The notes: generated from the letters alone by a model not told the origin. A DNA stretch of 63,856 nucleotides, filler included, from Lama guanicoe (GCA_013239625.1; 205 parts of 205 records of this genome joined end to end with filler, not necessarily neighbours in it); one strand, 5' to 3'; positions 26,207 through 39,700 are shown, numbered from the whole stretch's first letter. Numbers and translations: made by a program.

Positions 26207-26418
26207 CAAAAAGTCACCACAAATGCTCAGAAAGCAAACAACCTGATAAAAAAAAAACAGGCCAAAGACCTCAGGAGTATCTCAACAAAGAAGATTCACA
26301 GATGGCAAATAAGTATATGAAAGGTTCTTCCACATCATACGTCCTTAAGTAAATGCAAATCAAAACAACGAGATATCACTACACACCTATCAGAATGGCC
26401 AAAATCCAGAACACAGAC
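26207..26418 (+). mobile_element. L1 ORF2 C-terminal fragment (L1MC-type)
   Basis: AAAGAAGAT..ACAGATGGCAAATAAG.ATATGAAA...AAATGCAAATCAAAACAACGAGATATCACTACACACCTAT.AGAATGGCC. Confidence 0.85.
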
Positions 26419-26830
26419 NNNNNNNNNNNNNNNNNNNNNNNNNNNNNNNNNNNNNNNNNNNNTTAATTAATTAANNNNNNNNNNNNNNNNNNNNNNNNNN
26501 NNNNNNNNNNNNNNNNNNTGTACACTGTGATAGTAGTGTGTAAATCACAGCTTATTTTGGTATAAGACTTAAAATACAAAAGTGTTGAAAATAAACATAA
26601 CTATGAAATGTTAAGAATGGATGCATAATATAAAAATATATAAAATGTGACGACAAATATAAAGTTGGAGAAGTAAAAGAGTAGAGTTTTTGTATGTGAT
26701 TTAAGTCAAATTATTGTCAGTTATAAAGGANNNNNNNNNNNNNNNNNNNNNNNNNNNNNNNNNNNNNNNNNNNNTTAATTAATTAANNNNNNNNNNNNNN
26801 NNNNNNNNNNNNNNNNNNNNNNNNNNNNNN

Positions 26831-26943
26831 TGGTATTTTTCTTTCTCTTTCTGACTTACTTCACTTAGAATGATCATCTGCAGATCCATCCATGTTGCTG
26901 CAAATGGAATTATTCTATTCTCTTTTTTTAATGGCTGAGTAGT
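26831..26943 (-). mobile_element. L1 ORF2 end / 3' UTR start
   Basis: TCTGACTTACTTCACTTAGAATG...TCCATCCATGTTGCTGCAAATGG...ATGGCTGAGTAGT. Confidence 0.85.
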
Positions 26944-27142
26944 TGAATGTTGTTAATTATAACCCCTTTGATTATATACATTTTAAATTTTAAAATAGAA
27001 AACAATTAAAAATAAAAATCACCCATATTATTGATTTCAGGGNNNNNNNNNNNNNNNNNNNNNNNNNNNNNNNNNNNNNNNNNNNNTTAATTAATTAANN
27101 NNNNNNNNNNNNNNNNNNNNNNNNNNNNNNNNNNNNNNNNNN

Positions 27143-27354
27143 AAAAATATGTAATAAATAAGCATACCTGCAATTCATTCATAGTTGTTCAATGCAACAA
27201 GCAGAGCAGTGTGTAGTGGCCCTGGTTGCAGAGATAGGGGTGGGTAGCTCTTTGCAAACCAGACTGGTTCCATTTTTCCTCTATTTCAAATACCAAATGT
27301 TATAGATGCTAAATATACATGTAGCTCTGCATACACTGCAAAGTATTACTGTTC
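27143..27354 (+). repeat. Near-identical partner of contig 28703-28914 (assembly bubble arm)
   Basis: Same endpoints and 6 substitutions, all between contig positions 50 and 163. Confidence 0.95.
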
Positions 27355-28078
27355 NNNNNNNNNNNNNNNNNNNNNNNNNNNNNNNNNNNNNNNNNNNNTT
27401 AATTAATTAANNNNNNNNNNNNNNNNNNNNNNNNNNNNNNNNNNNNNNNNNNNNCATTTCTTACAAAATAGTGGCTTTATCCATCAGGTGGTACAGTACA
27501 TCCTTGAGCATGTCTTAACACCCAGTAGTTTGTGTCTCCCACTCCACCCACTCTCCCCACTGGTAACCACTAGTTCTCTAGATCTGAGCGTCTGCTGCTT
27601 TTTTGTTGTACTCACTAGTGTGTTGTATTTGTTAGATTCCACATCCAAGTGAGATCATACAGAATTNNNNNNNNNNNNNNNNNNNNNNNNNNNNNNNNNN
27701 NNNNNNNNNNTTAATTAATTAANNNNNNNNNNNNNNNNNNNNNNNNNNNNNNNNNNNNNNNNNNNNAGCTAATAACAACTTAAAACTCATATATATGTGG
27801 ATAGTTGAGTTAGAACGAAGTTCTTCAGTGGATTAACAGGAATTAATTGAAACTAGTTTTGTGGTTGTTGAGTTCGTCAAATCATTGAAGAAGAAATGTT
27901 TGAAAAGTCCTTTAAATCGCATAAAGAAAGTAGATGTTTGATCCAATTCCAAATCAATATCCCTTCCTCCTTTAAAAANNNNNNNNNNNNNNNNNNNNNN
28001 NNNNNNNNNNNNNNNNNNNNNNTTAATTAATTAANNNNNNNNNNNNNNNNNNNNNNNNNNNNNNNNNNNNNNNNNNNN

Positions 28079-28290
28079 TGTTAGCCCAGCCCAGCCTCTC
28101 CTTCACATTCCTACACTTGTGAGTTATCTTGTTAGACCAGCCCGGCTTTTCCTTCACAAAGTTTTGATACTATGCTGTGTAAGTTTAAATAGGTCAATGG
28201 GACCATCTGATGGTCCCCAATATTAAAGTCCAAACAAGTCATCTCTATCTACCCCCTCTAGGGTCCAGGGCAGAGATCCTGGGGCTGGAC
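28079..28290 (+). mobile_element. Endogenous retrovirus LTR fragment (U3-R-U5, ERV2/betaretrovirus-like)
   Basis: Imperfect direct repeat with 51-bp period (28079 and 28130), TTTAAATA at 28184, ATTAAA at 28222, and a GGGGCTGGAC U5-like end. Confidence 0.5.
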
Positions 28291-28390
28291 NNNNNNNNNN
28301 NNNNNNNNNNNNNNNNNNNNNNNNNNNNNNNNNNTTAATTAATTAANNNNNNNNNNNNNNNNNNNNNNNNNNNNNNNNNNNNNNNNNNNN

Positions 28391-28602
28391 AGAACATGGA
28401 AAGTAGAACACAGAATACAGTATATAGAATACAGAATATTGAACCCAAAATATAGAACATGGGATGAAGAACACAGAATTTAGAATATAGATTACAGAAT
28501 ACATAATATCGGATATAGAATATAGAATGTAAAACACAGAATATGTAATGTACAATACGGAATGCCGAATATTGAATACAGAATATAGAATGTAGAAGAC
28601 TG
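28391..28602 (-). repeat. 7-bp-period satellite, opposite orientation (AGAATAT/AGAATAC)
   Basis: Reverse complement shares ATATTCTAAATTCTGTGTTCT..AT.CCATGTTCT....T.TGGGTT with 62711; the same motif is split across the two ends of 9360. Confidence 0.9.
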
Positions 28603-28702
28603 NNNNNNNNNNNNNNNNNNNNNNNNNNNNNNNNNNNNNNNNNNNNTTAATTAATTAANNNNNNNNNNNNNNNNNNNNNNNNNNNNNNNNNNNNNNNNNN
28701 NN

Positions 28703-28914
28703 AAAAATATGTAATAAATAAGCATACCTGCAATTCATTCATAGTTGTTCAGTGCAACAAGCAGAGCAGTGTGTAGCGGCCCTGGTTGCAGAGATAGAGG
28801 TGGGTAGCTCTTTGCAAACCAGACTGGTTCCGTTTTTCCTCTATTTCAAATACCAAATGTTGTAAATGCTAAATATACATGTAGCTCTGCATACACTGCA
28901 AAGTATTACTGTTC
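28703..28914 (+). repeat. Near-identical partner of contig 27143-27354
   Basis: 206/212 identical by direct comparison. Confidence 0.95.
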
Positions 28915-30886
28915 NNNNNNNNNNNNNNNNNNNNNNNNNNNNNNNNNNNNNNNNNNNNTTAATTAATTAANNNNNNNNNNNNNNNNNNNNNNNNNNNNNN
29001 NNNNNNNNNNNNNNTGGAGTATTCAGTTTACAGTATGAGTCAGAGGTGGACAAGAGACATGTGCATCATCTAGCAGATGGTGTAGGTGGTCCAAACAGGT
29101 GATGATGAAATGGGCCATAACTGTAGGATCAGAGGGAAGGACCCATAACCCAGAAACACTGAGGAGGCAGAAGCGAACGAAGCTGGTGTGGGTTCAGCGA
29201 GGGAGGGGATGGAAGAGAAAGGAAGTNNNNNNNNNNNNNNNNNNNNNNNNNNNNNNNNNNNNNNNNNNNNTTAATTAATTAANNNNNNNNNNNNNNNNNN
29301 NNNNNNNNNNNNNNNNNNNNNNNNNNAGTGAACGTCCCCTCCTGGGTCAGAAGTCTAAGTAGAAAGTACCAATCAAATGGAGGTGTGCTTTGTTGTTTTA
29401 TTTTTAAAAAGAAACTTGTTTCATTCATGTGATTTAATAATTAAGTTCAAGAAACAAACTATTCAATAAATGGTAGCCAACACATGTCATCATAGCTGCT
29501 CATAAGGTTTGGCCCCATGTTACACACATTTACATGGANNNNNNNNNNNNNNNNNNNNNNNNNNNNNNNNNNNNNNNNNNNNTTAATTAATTAANNNNNN
29601 NNNNNNNNNNNNNNNNNNNNNNNNNNNNNNNNNNNNNNGGATGGTGACGTGTTCTCATAGCTGCCACTAGGGTCCCTGCCGGAGGGGGCAGCGGAAGGGC
29701 TTCATTCCTCACACAGAAAGCTTTCTCCTTGTACTGTCACTGCCTCTGGGCCTTTCACCTTCTCTGCTGCTGCTTCCGCTCTGTTCTAACTTATTTCTCC
29801 ATTTTTTCTGGAGCTTTCCTCCCCTCCCCCCCCACTTTGTTCCTATATATNNNNNNNNNNNNNNNNNNNNNNNNNNNNNNNNNNNNNNNNNNNNTTAATT
29901 AATTAANNNNNNNNNNNNNNNNNNNNNNNNNNNNNNNNNNNNNNNNNNNNTCTCTGTGAAAAGTTGGTTAAAATATTTATTTGTGAGAGACGTTTCTGTT
30001 GCCCTCTGGAACCCACAGGTAAGCTTGACTAACTTTTCACTTGTTCATTTTCTTCACTCGAATATTATGCTTTCCTTGCCCACTGATTTTGAAAGCAGGG
30101 TATGGAAGTGGGCCGCTGATGGGAGAATCTGGCCTCTGAATCAGAGTCACTAATGGCACAACNNNNNNNNNNNNNNNNNNNNNNNNNNNNNNNNNNNNNN
30201 NNNNNNTTAATTAATTAANNNNNNNNNNNNNNNNNNNNNNNNNNNNNNNNNNNNNNNNNNNNTGCAGAAACTTGCACAGTGGTGGCCTTGAGTTTGTCGC
30301 TGATTAAGATGCGCTCACACAGAGTAAAACTCTGCAAGGCCCGATGAAGAATGACCAGGTAACTGTAAGGAGACTTACCCCCAGACCTCACACAAGAGAG
30401 ACGGGGAAAGCTGCAGCCTCTTGAGTAGCAGAGTGGAGACGCTTTGTAGGACATGATGTGAGTTAAGTAGCTATNNNNNNNNNNNNNNNNNNNNNNNNNN
30501 NNNNNNNNNNNNNNNNNNTTAATTAATTAANNNNNNNNNNNNNNNNNNNNNNNNNNNNNNNNNNNNNNNNNNNNGAGTTTCTTCTGTTACCAATGGTCTC
30601 ATTATTCAACAACACAGGGCTTTGATGGTTAGAGAGAAAGTTGTGAAACTGAGGAAAAACTTGGTATACAAACAGCTGACTGCATTGGGAATTTTGCAGG
30701 AAGCTTTTTTGCACCTGTACAATTTCTTCCCTCTGTTAGTCACTCAGATTTATGCAGCTACCATCAGCCAGGGTTCACTCAAACACNNNNNNNNNNNNNN
30801 NNNNNNNNNNNNNNNNNNNNNNNNNNNNNNTTAATTAATTAANNNNNNNNNNNNNNNNNNNNNNNNNNNNNNNNNNNNNNNNNNNN

Positions 30887-31098
30887 GTCCACCAACAGAT
30901 GCATGGATATACAAACTGCAGCACATCAATACGACAGAAGAGGATTTGGAAAAAAAAAAAAAAAGAGAAATGAAGAAATAATATACGCTACTCCATGAAT
31001 GAACTTTGAATACATGCTGAGCAAAAGAAGCCAGTCACAACAGACCACATATCCTAATTTTCCACTGTATGAAAAGTCCAGAATTGACAATTCCACAG
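30887..31098 (+). mobile_element. L1MB-type ORF2 end/3' UTR
   Basis: GTCCA.CAACAGATG.ATGGATA.ACAAA...ATGAATGAACTTTGAA...AAAAGAAGCCAGTCACAA. Confidence 0.75.
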
Positions 31099-34000
31099 NN
31101 NNNNNNNNNNNNNNNNNNNNNNNNNNNNNNNNNNNNNNNNNNTTAATTAATTAANNNNNNNNNNNNNNNNNNNNNNNNNNNNNNNNNNNNNNNNNNNNGT
31201 TAGGTTAGAAGCTTCCTCCAGGAGAGTGGAGAGGGCTCCCAACACTCTTAGGCAGGAAGGCCAGCCTGGAGCAGTGGGATCTACCATGTGGAGAGGTATC
31301 CCATAGGCTGTTGGGTAGGACCCAGCCGTTGGGTGAGGACCCCCAAGGCTCTTTCTCCTTTCATAAAATATAACTGGAAGGGCCTTGTGGGATCTGGAAG
31401 CCCCAAGGTCNNNNNNNNNNNNNNNNNNNNNNNNNNNNNNNNNNNNNNNNNNNNTTAATTAATTAANNNNNNNNNNNNNNNNNNNNNNNNNNNNNNNNNN
31501 NNNNNNNNNNAAGTTCCTGCATTTTTTAATGTGAAACCGATTTGGAGCTTGAACTTCACTGTATATATATATGCAGTGTAGTTTGCAACTGAAAAGAAAC
31601 TTGATGTTCAGTTAAAACTATTTGAGGTATGGTTTTCAAACACACTTATCTCTCCGAATTAAGCATGTGGCGCGACATTTGTCATCCAGCATAAAGGGAA
31701 AGGTTTGCAGAAGAAAATTTTANNNNNNNNNNNNNNNNNNNNNNNNNNNNNNNNNNNNNNNNNNNNTTAATTAATTAANNNNNNNNNNNNNNNNNNNNNN
31801 NNNNNNNNNNNNNNNNNNNNNNTTCCTTGTGTGTCAAACTCCAGTCACCACTCTGATGGGTGACTTAATAACACATCTTTTACTCGCTGCCTTCTTGTAT
31901 CTACTCTCCTATCCATGTGTCACTCCACCTCAAACTTAATTGATTTTCACTCAACTGCTTGTTTGAAGATCTGCTCCTTTGTACATCCAAATTAATACAG
32001 CAATGAATTGGGAAGCCCTTGGTCAAGTTTCCCTNNNNNNNNNNNNNNNNNNNNNNNNNNNNNNNNNNNNNNNNNNNNTTAATTAATTAANNNNNNNNNN
32101 NNNNNNNNNNNNNNNNNNNNNNNNNNNNNNNNNNACACCTGTGACTGAAGAGAGCTGCCTGGAGTTGTCTCTCGAGTTCCCCATGCACTGATTATGATTC
32201 CGGAATCCTGAGCTTGGGAGGGCCCACCAACTTTCAGCAGCGCTTGGGATCTTACGGAATGCCTAAGCTCGTCTGCCCTGATATTTTTTCTAATGTCTCT
32301 CTGCAAGTGAATGTTAGCGGGGGGTTCAGGCATTCCCAGTGATAGANNNNNNNNNNNNNNNNNNNNNNNNNNNNNNNNNNNNNNNNNNNNTTAATTAATT
32401 AANNNNNNNNNNNNNNNNNNNNNNNNNNNNNNNNNNNNNNNNNNNNCAGCTGAGCCAGGAGACGCCAGGCCCGGCCCTTGGGAACTCTCCCCTCCGACGG
32501 CCTTGGGAGCTCCGTCCACCCTGCTGGTGGCAAGTTCGACCCCGCCCTCTGCCTCACTGAGACATCTCTTTCCACTCCTCGGCCTCCACCCCACTCCCGG
32601 ACAGAGGGGCTGTTCAATTCTGGGTGTGGGGTGTCTGGTGGCCCTCCTGGAATCAGAGNNNNNNNNNNNNNNNNNNNNNNNNNNNNNNNNNNNNNNNNNN
32701 NNTTAATTAATTAANNNNNNNNNNNNNNNNNNNNNNNNNNNNNNNNNNNNNNNNNNNNACTAGCTTGAAATTTAGGGGAAGAGTTCTCCATCTGAAAAAT
32801 TTTGGGAGAGAACACTTATGATATTTTTTGATTGAAAATGTGATTAGTGGGACTTTGGAGCCCTGGCACCGTAAGAGTATATAATTGAAGAAAGTTACAG
32901 GACATCAGCGAGATGGTGGAATAGCTGGATCTTGGTTTTCCCTCCTCCCACAGATGAACTGACAAAACAGNNNNNNNNNNNNNNNNNNNNNNNNNNNNNN
33001 NNNNNNNNNNNNNNTTAATTAATTAANNNNNNNNNNNNNNNNNNNNNNNNNNNNNNNNNNNNNNNNNNNNAAAAAAAATGCAAAATAGTAATTATTTTAA
33101 TATAGAAGAATATCTGTATTTTTTTAAGTTTTTCACTGAGTGATATTGTAAATATGGATTTTCTGCTTATTTAAACAAATGAAATTTGGGGTAGAAAATA
33201 ATAATCATATAAACCTCTTCAATGATGTTTAAGTGAATCTATTTAAAAGAAAACGTGGATATAAATAATTCAACATAATCTTNNNNNNNNNNNNNNNNNN
33301 NNNNNNNNNNNNNNNNNNNNNNNNNNTTAATTAATTAANNNNNNNNNNNNNNNNNNNNNNNNNNNNNNNNNNNNNNNNNNNNATGTTGCTGCAAATGGCA
33401 TTATTTCATTCTTTTTTATGGCTGAGAAGTACTGAATGTCATTTTAAAATTCTGTACCAAGATGGTAGATGAAAATGTCTCATACTTATTTTCGTCTGCA
33501 TCTCTTGGTTTACTGATGAAGTTGAACACGTTCAACACGTTTGCTGGCCACGAAAATAGGGCTTTTAAGAAAACAATTTAAACAAATTTCTTCTNNNNNN
33601 NNNNNNNNNNNNNNNNNNNNNNNNNNNNNNNNNNNNNNTTAATTAATTAANNNNNNNNNNNNNNNNNNNNNNNNNNNNNNNNNNNNNNNNNNNNTCTGTA
33701 CAGGTCTTTTGGGACCCAATGTATGCATTTCTTTTGGGTACATGTAAGGAGCAGAAGTGCTGGGTCATAGAGCATACTTCTTCAGAGCAGTTGTACAAAT
33801 GTATACTCTCATCGGTAGTGTGAGAAAATGCTTTTGTTCCAGATCCATGGTGGGGACGGAATCTCTGAAATAAAGTGGTGTCATCAAGGATTGGTCTAAA
33901 CAGTTCNNNNNNNNNNNNNNNNNNNNNNNNNNNNNNNNNNNNNNNNNNNNTTAATTAATTAANNNNNNNNNNNNNNNNNNNNNNNNNNNNNNNNNNNNNN

Positions 34001-36554
34001 NNNNNNAGCCTCATCCTTGCGCAGTTAGCTAGGTTAGAGAGGGAGGTTTGAGAACGGCTGGCAGCCAGTAAAAAATGAGACAGGGTGTACAGGTGAACTG
34101 GTTCCTCGTTTCCACAACATTCCCCACAGTTACTAATTTGGCATGACTCACTGGCAATTAACCTGATGCTGAGAAGACTTTTACTGACTGACAGACAGGA
34201 GCAAAACTGAGTAGGAAANNNNNNNNNNNNNNNNNNNNNNNNNNNNNNNNNNNNNNNNNNNNTTAATTAATTAANNNNNNNNNNNNNNNNNNNNNNNNNN
34301 NNNNNNNNNNNNNNNNNNTAAGTAACAGGTGAGAAGCGTAGGGAACACTGAGTGGCACATTGTAGCGTCTCTAAGTATTTATTGTTATTAATAGGGGTTC
34401 CATCTACCTCCCCTGTATAGTCAAACCAGCTCTTAGGCACCTTTTCTTGTCTCAGTATCTAAACCATTTATGAAGCCAATGACTTGAAAGACATAGGATT
34501 GGTGAGAAAGGCAAGACCTTGAGGAACCTCNNNNNNNNNNNNNNNNNNNNNNNNNNNNNNNNNNNNNNNNNNNNTTAATTAATTAANNNNNNNNNNNNNN
34601 NNNNNNNNNNNNNNNNNNNNNNNNNNNNNNAAAGTTGGCAGTAGCTGTCTTGAGTTTCGAATAAGTAACCAGCAAGTCTACCCATCGTCAGGCGCTCCGG
34701 GGATATGAGGGAGAAAACACAGTCCCGCTCCAGCTGAAACCGAGCCTTGGCCTTGGGTCGGAAGGCGCCAAGGAGGAAATCTGAATCCTCCTGGGGTGGG
34801 GGTGGGGTCGACGTCAGCCTGCAATGACTCGTCTCCACCGCCNNNNNNNNNNNNNNNNNNNNNNNNNNNNNNNNNNNNNNNNNNNNTTAATTAATTAANN
34901 NNNNNNNNNNNNNNNNNNNNNNNNNNNNNNNNNNNNNNNNNNATGTACAGTAAAGACTTGTGGACCCAGAAAATCCATTGGTGAGTGGTGTAACGCCTGA
35001 CGTCGTAAGTTGCTCCAGGGCTGGAAAGGAGGGCTGCTGGAAGCAGAAATGATCACCCATTAACGATTAAGAGCATACAGAGCTTCATGGATTAGACAGG
35101 TCAATAGTCACACAAATTATTGAAACATATAAAAATATACACTTTTTAGATATTNNNNNNNNNNNNNNNNNNNNNNNNNNNNNNNNNNNNNNNNNNNNTT
35201 AATTAATTAANNNNNNNNNNNNNNNNNNNNNNNNNNNNNNNNNNNNNNNNNNNNTTTGTGACAATGAAATAAGTGTTGAGATTTTTTAAAAAGTACATTG
35301 AATCAGCTTGCATTGCTTTTCCTTCCAGTTAACTGTTGAAAATATGAAATAGGCATTTAATATACAGGCTACTCTGGAGAGGTGATTTTTCCACTCTAAA
35401 AGGTTACTAGTTCCCACTGAGTTTATAGTTTGAGAAACACAGTGTTAGCAGTGAACTTCAGCAAAANNNNNNNNNNNNNNNNNNNNNNNNNNNNNNNNNN
35501 NNNNNNNNNNTTAATTAATTAANNNNNNNNNNNNNNNNNNNNNNNNNNNNNNNNNNNNNNNNNNNNAAAACTGCCAACCGGAATGAGGGCTGTCAGCCCA
35601 GGGCAAGAATTTCAGTTCTAAAGAATGACTTTAAGCCCTGGGAGGAAGACTAGGAAGACACACCCATTTGGATACATTCTATGGTATGATTATTGGCTAC
35701 AATAGCTCTTCTCGTTCTTTCTCCAAAACTAAATAATCCAACGGCATCTGAACTTGCCTTCTGATAAATGACTGAGAANNNNNNNNNNNNNNNNNNNNNN
35801 NNNNNNNNNNNNNNNNNNNNNNTTAATTAATTAANNNNNNNNNNNNNNNNNNNNNNNNNNNNNNNNNNNNNNNNNNNNTCTTCATTCATTCGTTTCCTTA
35901 AAAAATATCTCCCACGTACCTTCAAAGCGCAAAGCAAATGGCTTACTGATATGTCAGGTGCAGTGACAAATTTAGACGTGAGTCTCATTGAACTTGTTAT
36001 CTTGGGAGAGAGAGGAAAATAACACGTATGTAAATAATGCGTTCTTGGTGTTATGTAACAAACTATTACACAGGTTGAAAGTGACAAATGNNNNNNNNNN
36101 NNNNNNNNNNNNNNNNNNNNNNNNNNNNNNNNNNTTAATTAATTAANNNNNNNNNNNNNNNNNNNNNNNNNNNNNNNNNNNNNNNNNNNNCTCCCCATAA
36201 CTGGCCCTCATCTGCTGGTCCGAGAGGGTCTGTCCAATGAAGGAAGCCTCTAGTCTAGCCCTGCCAATTTCCCCATCCTTATCCAAACCTGTTCACACAG
36301 GCCCCAGCCCCACCAGCTCCAGCCCCCACCCCTCAACCCCCACCTTCTTCACAAGTCCACTGTCCACTGGTTCTCACCCTCTGACAGGACACCCTTCCCG
36401 CCNNNNNNNNNNNNNNNNNNNNNNNNNNNNNNNNNNNNNNNNNNNNTTAATTAATTAANNNNNNNNNNNNNNNNNNNNNNNNNNNNNNNNNNNNNNNNNN
36501 NNATATATATATATATTCTATATATACTTACGAAAATAAATTCCTTTATTCGTT

Positions 36555-36714
36555 TATTTAATTTTCTATATTTTCATTAAATACACTCAGTTTACAAACT
36601 TGTGACAATTTCTGTTCAACAACACACAGCTTCAGGCATATCCGAGCATACATATTCATTTTCATACTTTTTTCACCATAATTTACTACTAGCTATTGGA
36701 TATAGACTTCCCTG
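36555..36714 (-). mobile_element. Camelid-type L1 3' terminus, unusually degraded
   Basis: CAGTTTACAA...TGTG.CAATTTCTG...CATACATATTCATTTTCATA...TATTG.ATATAG..TTCCCTG is antisense of the L1 tail. Confidence 0.65.
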
Positions 36715-39700
36715 NNNNNNNNNNNNNNNNNNNNNNNNNNNNNNNNNNNNNNNNNNNNTTAATTAATTAANNNNNNNNNNNNNNNNNNNNNNNNNNNNNN
36801 NNNNNNNNNNNNNNAAACAAAAGCCACAAATACTGTTTTTATCAAAACCAGAGGTGCAGAGGGCGGCCTAAGTGCTTGGGCCATGCAGCCACCTGCCCTA
36901 GGGAGACAGTGGGCCACGGCGGCACCCTGGGCATTTGCTGCAGGCCGGGCCCACAGGAGTGCTCTGTGCCGGGGTGTCCCCTGGGAGACAGGAGCCGAGG
37001 GTGAAGGGAGCCAGCACTGCACAGGANNNNNNNNNNNNNNNNNNNNNNNNNNNNNNNNNNNNNNNNNNNNTTAATTAATTAANNNNNNNNNNNNNNNNNN
37101 NNNNNNNNNNNNNNNNNNNNNNNNNNGCAAAATAGCATTAATTTGCATTTCTCTTCTCAGGAGTGAGCTTGAGTGACTGTGCCTATGTGGAGTCATGTGT
37201 CCTCCCTCTGCTACAAACTGTCCGTGTCCCTTGCTCATTTTTCTGTTGGAATCATTGGTTTCTTTAAAACTGATTTGTAGGCACTTACATATATCAAAGC
37301 AATTAACCTTAGTCTATCAGATGTGGTGTAAATACCTTNNNNNNNNNNNNNNNNNNNNNNNNNNNNNNNNNNNNNNNNNNNNTTAATTAATTAANNNNNN
37401 NNNNNNNNNNNNNNNNNNNNNNNNNNNNNNNNNNNNNNACAGCAGGGCCTGTGCCTCATGTGCACAGACTCCCTGCACTGGGGGCACATGTCTCCTCCTT
37501 CCTGGACCCTGTGCTGTGGATGCCATGGGTGAGGCTGCGTGCGTGAAGCCTGAACATGACTCAGGCGGAATCTGCCGAGGGTGTTGCTGTGGGACCTCTG
37601 CCTACAGACAGTTTAATGGCAAACTCAGTGTGGTGCTGATAGACACTCATNNNNNNNNNNNNNNNNNNNNNNNNNNNNNNNNNNNNNNNNNNNNTTAATT
37701 AATTAANNNNNNNNNNNNNNNNNNNNNNNNNNNNNNNNNNNNNNNNNNNNCACTTAAATATTGGGTTTAACCTTTAAGTCCTCCTGTTCATGATAATAAA
37801 TTTTATATATTAGTTAATTTCCAATAAATTTTATTATTTTAACTATAATCAAAGTTACCCTTGGAATATTTTTTCCCCTTAAAAGAAAGGTAGTATTTCT
37901 ATTTCTTACCACGATAGAGTAACAGGAAATGGATTTACCCTTCTTCATGAAACAACCAAAAANNNNNNNNNNNNNNNNNNNNNNNNNNNNNNNNNNNNNN
38001 NNNNNNTTAATTAATTAANNNNNNNNNNNNNNNNNNNNNNNNNNNNNNNNNNNNNNNNNNNNGGACAAATCAGAGAAGCCATGATATTCATTGCTTCCAA
38101 GAAAGCCCCAAGACTCCTGTAGAGCTAGTTCTACACATAATACATGCACATAGACCTAGGTGTGTAAATTTGTGCAATAAAACCTTAAGGAGCCCCTACA
38201 AATCCCACCATGTTCCACACACAATTTTCAATTTTACTGTGTCCTTTAGCAGCTTTTGCCTTTCAAAGAGCCCTNNNNNNNNNNNNNNNNNNNNNNNNNN
38301 NNNNNNNNNNNNNNNNNNTTAATTAATTAANNNNNNNNNNNNNNNNNNNNNNNNNNNNNNNNNNNNNNNNNNNNTTTCTCTTCCCTTTCACAGCTTCCCT
38401 CCCATCCCTCTGCCGTCTGTGCACTGGCTGCCTGGCTCTCTGTGTCTCTCCATACTGTGCTATCTCAAGACTGTCCATAACGGAGAGCAGCAAATCAAGT
38501 CCACATCCCAAAGTCACACCAAAGGGTAAAACAAACTCAGATAAGAGACCGTGCCTATTCTGATGAGTGAGGACTGCCAGTCCCATNNNNNNNNNNNNNN
38601 NNNNNNNNNNNNNNNNNNNNNNNNNNNNNNTTAATTAATTAANNNNNNNNNNNNNNNNNNNNNNNNNNNNNNNNNNNNNNNNNNNNGGATGAAATTGGAG
38701 TTTTGCTTCTGGCTTCTGACATGACAGTGTAAAGGGCACCAAAGACCTTTCTGCTCAGCAAAACTGTGAAAATTATTAAAAAAAAAAAAAACAAAACCAC
38801 TCAAAACCACTGGAGATCGTCCTAAGGCCATAAAGCAAATGAAGATACACTTATTCAAGAAAAGCCACTAAAACTTTGTAAGAACAATAGTCTCTGGTNN
38901 NNNNNNNNNNNNNNNNNNNNNNNNNNNNNNNNNNNNNNNNNNTTAATTAATTAANNNNNNNNNNNNNNNNNNNNNNNNNNNNNNNNNNNNNNNNNNNNGT
39001 TTAGAGTGAGGAAATAACCTATTGAATTTAAGATGATAAAAGGATATAGTGCCCGGCAGGCAGGCAGCTAATAATATGGCTTAACATAGATACCAAGAAA
39101 TTGTCACCTATCTGCCCATACCCGGTTTTTGGTCCTTGATATAAATGAGTAGACTTGCTGATTTGTTGTGAAATGATTATGCTCAGTCAGTAAGTGGAGA
39201 ATGGAGAGTANNNNNNNNNNNNNNNNNNNNNNNNNNNNNNNNNNNNNNNNNNNNTTAATTAATTAANNNNNNNNNNNNNNNNNNNNNNNNNNNNNNNNNN
39301 NNNNNNNNNNGTGGACAAAGGGAGAGAAAATTCTTTGCCTCTCTGAGTAGTCTTCCTTTCGGACAATTGGATGTAATTCCATTGACCAGTTCCATTTTAC
39401 TATAATTGCCAATCAATATTACTATTAACAGTATAGTTTCAGCAACAGTGGCATAATAAAAATGCATATGGTATATAAGGATGTAAATATTCAAAATATT
39501 TACCTTAACAAAGGAAGAAAGANNNNNNNNNNNNNNNNNNNNNNNNNNNNNNNNNNNNNNNNNNNNTTAATTAATTAANNNNNNNNNNNNNNNNNNNNNN
39601 NNNNNNNNNNNNNNNNNNNNNNGGAGCAGCCCCGAGGGACCCGTCCTTGCCACCAGCTTGTACTCAAATCCCGCAAGAGGCAGAAATCAGCCCTTAATCA

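Noticed and set aside
28343..28555. Tyr/Ser/Ile-rich hydrophobic ORF
   Set aside because: It is a translation of the heptamer satellite.
26831..33434. Two L1 copies (26831 and 33383) ending near the same ATGGCTGAG.AGT position
   Set aside because: Two cases are compatible with chance 5' truncation, and the downstream sequences are not clearly homologous.
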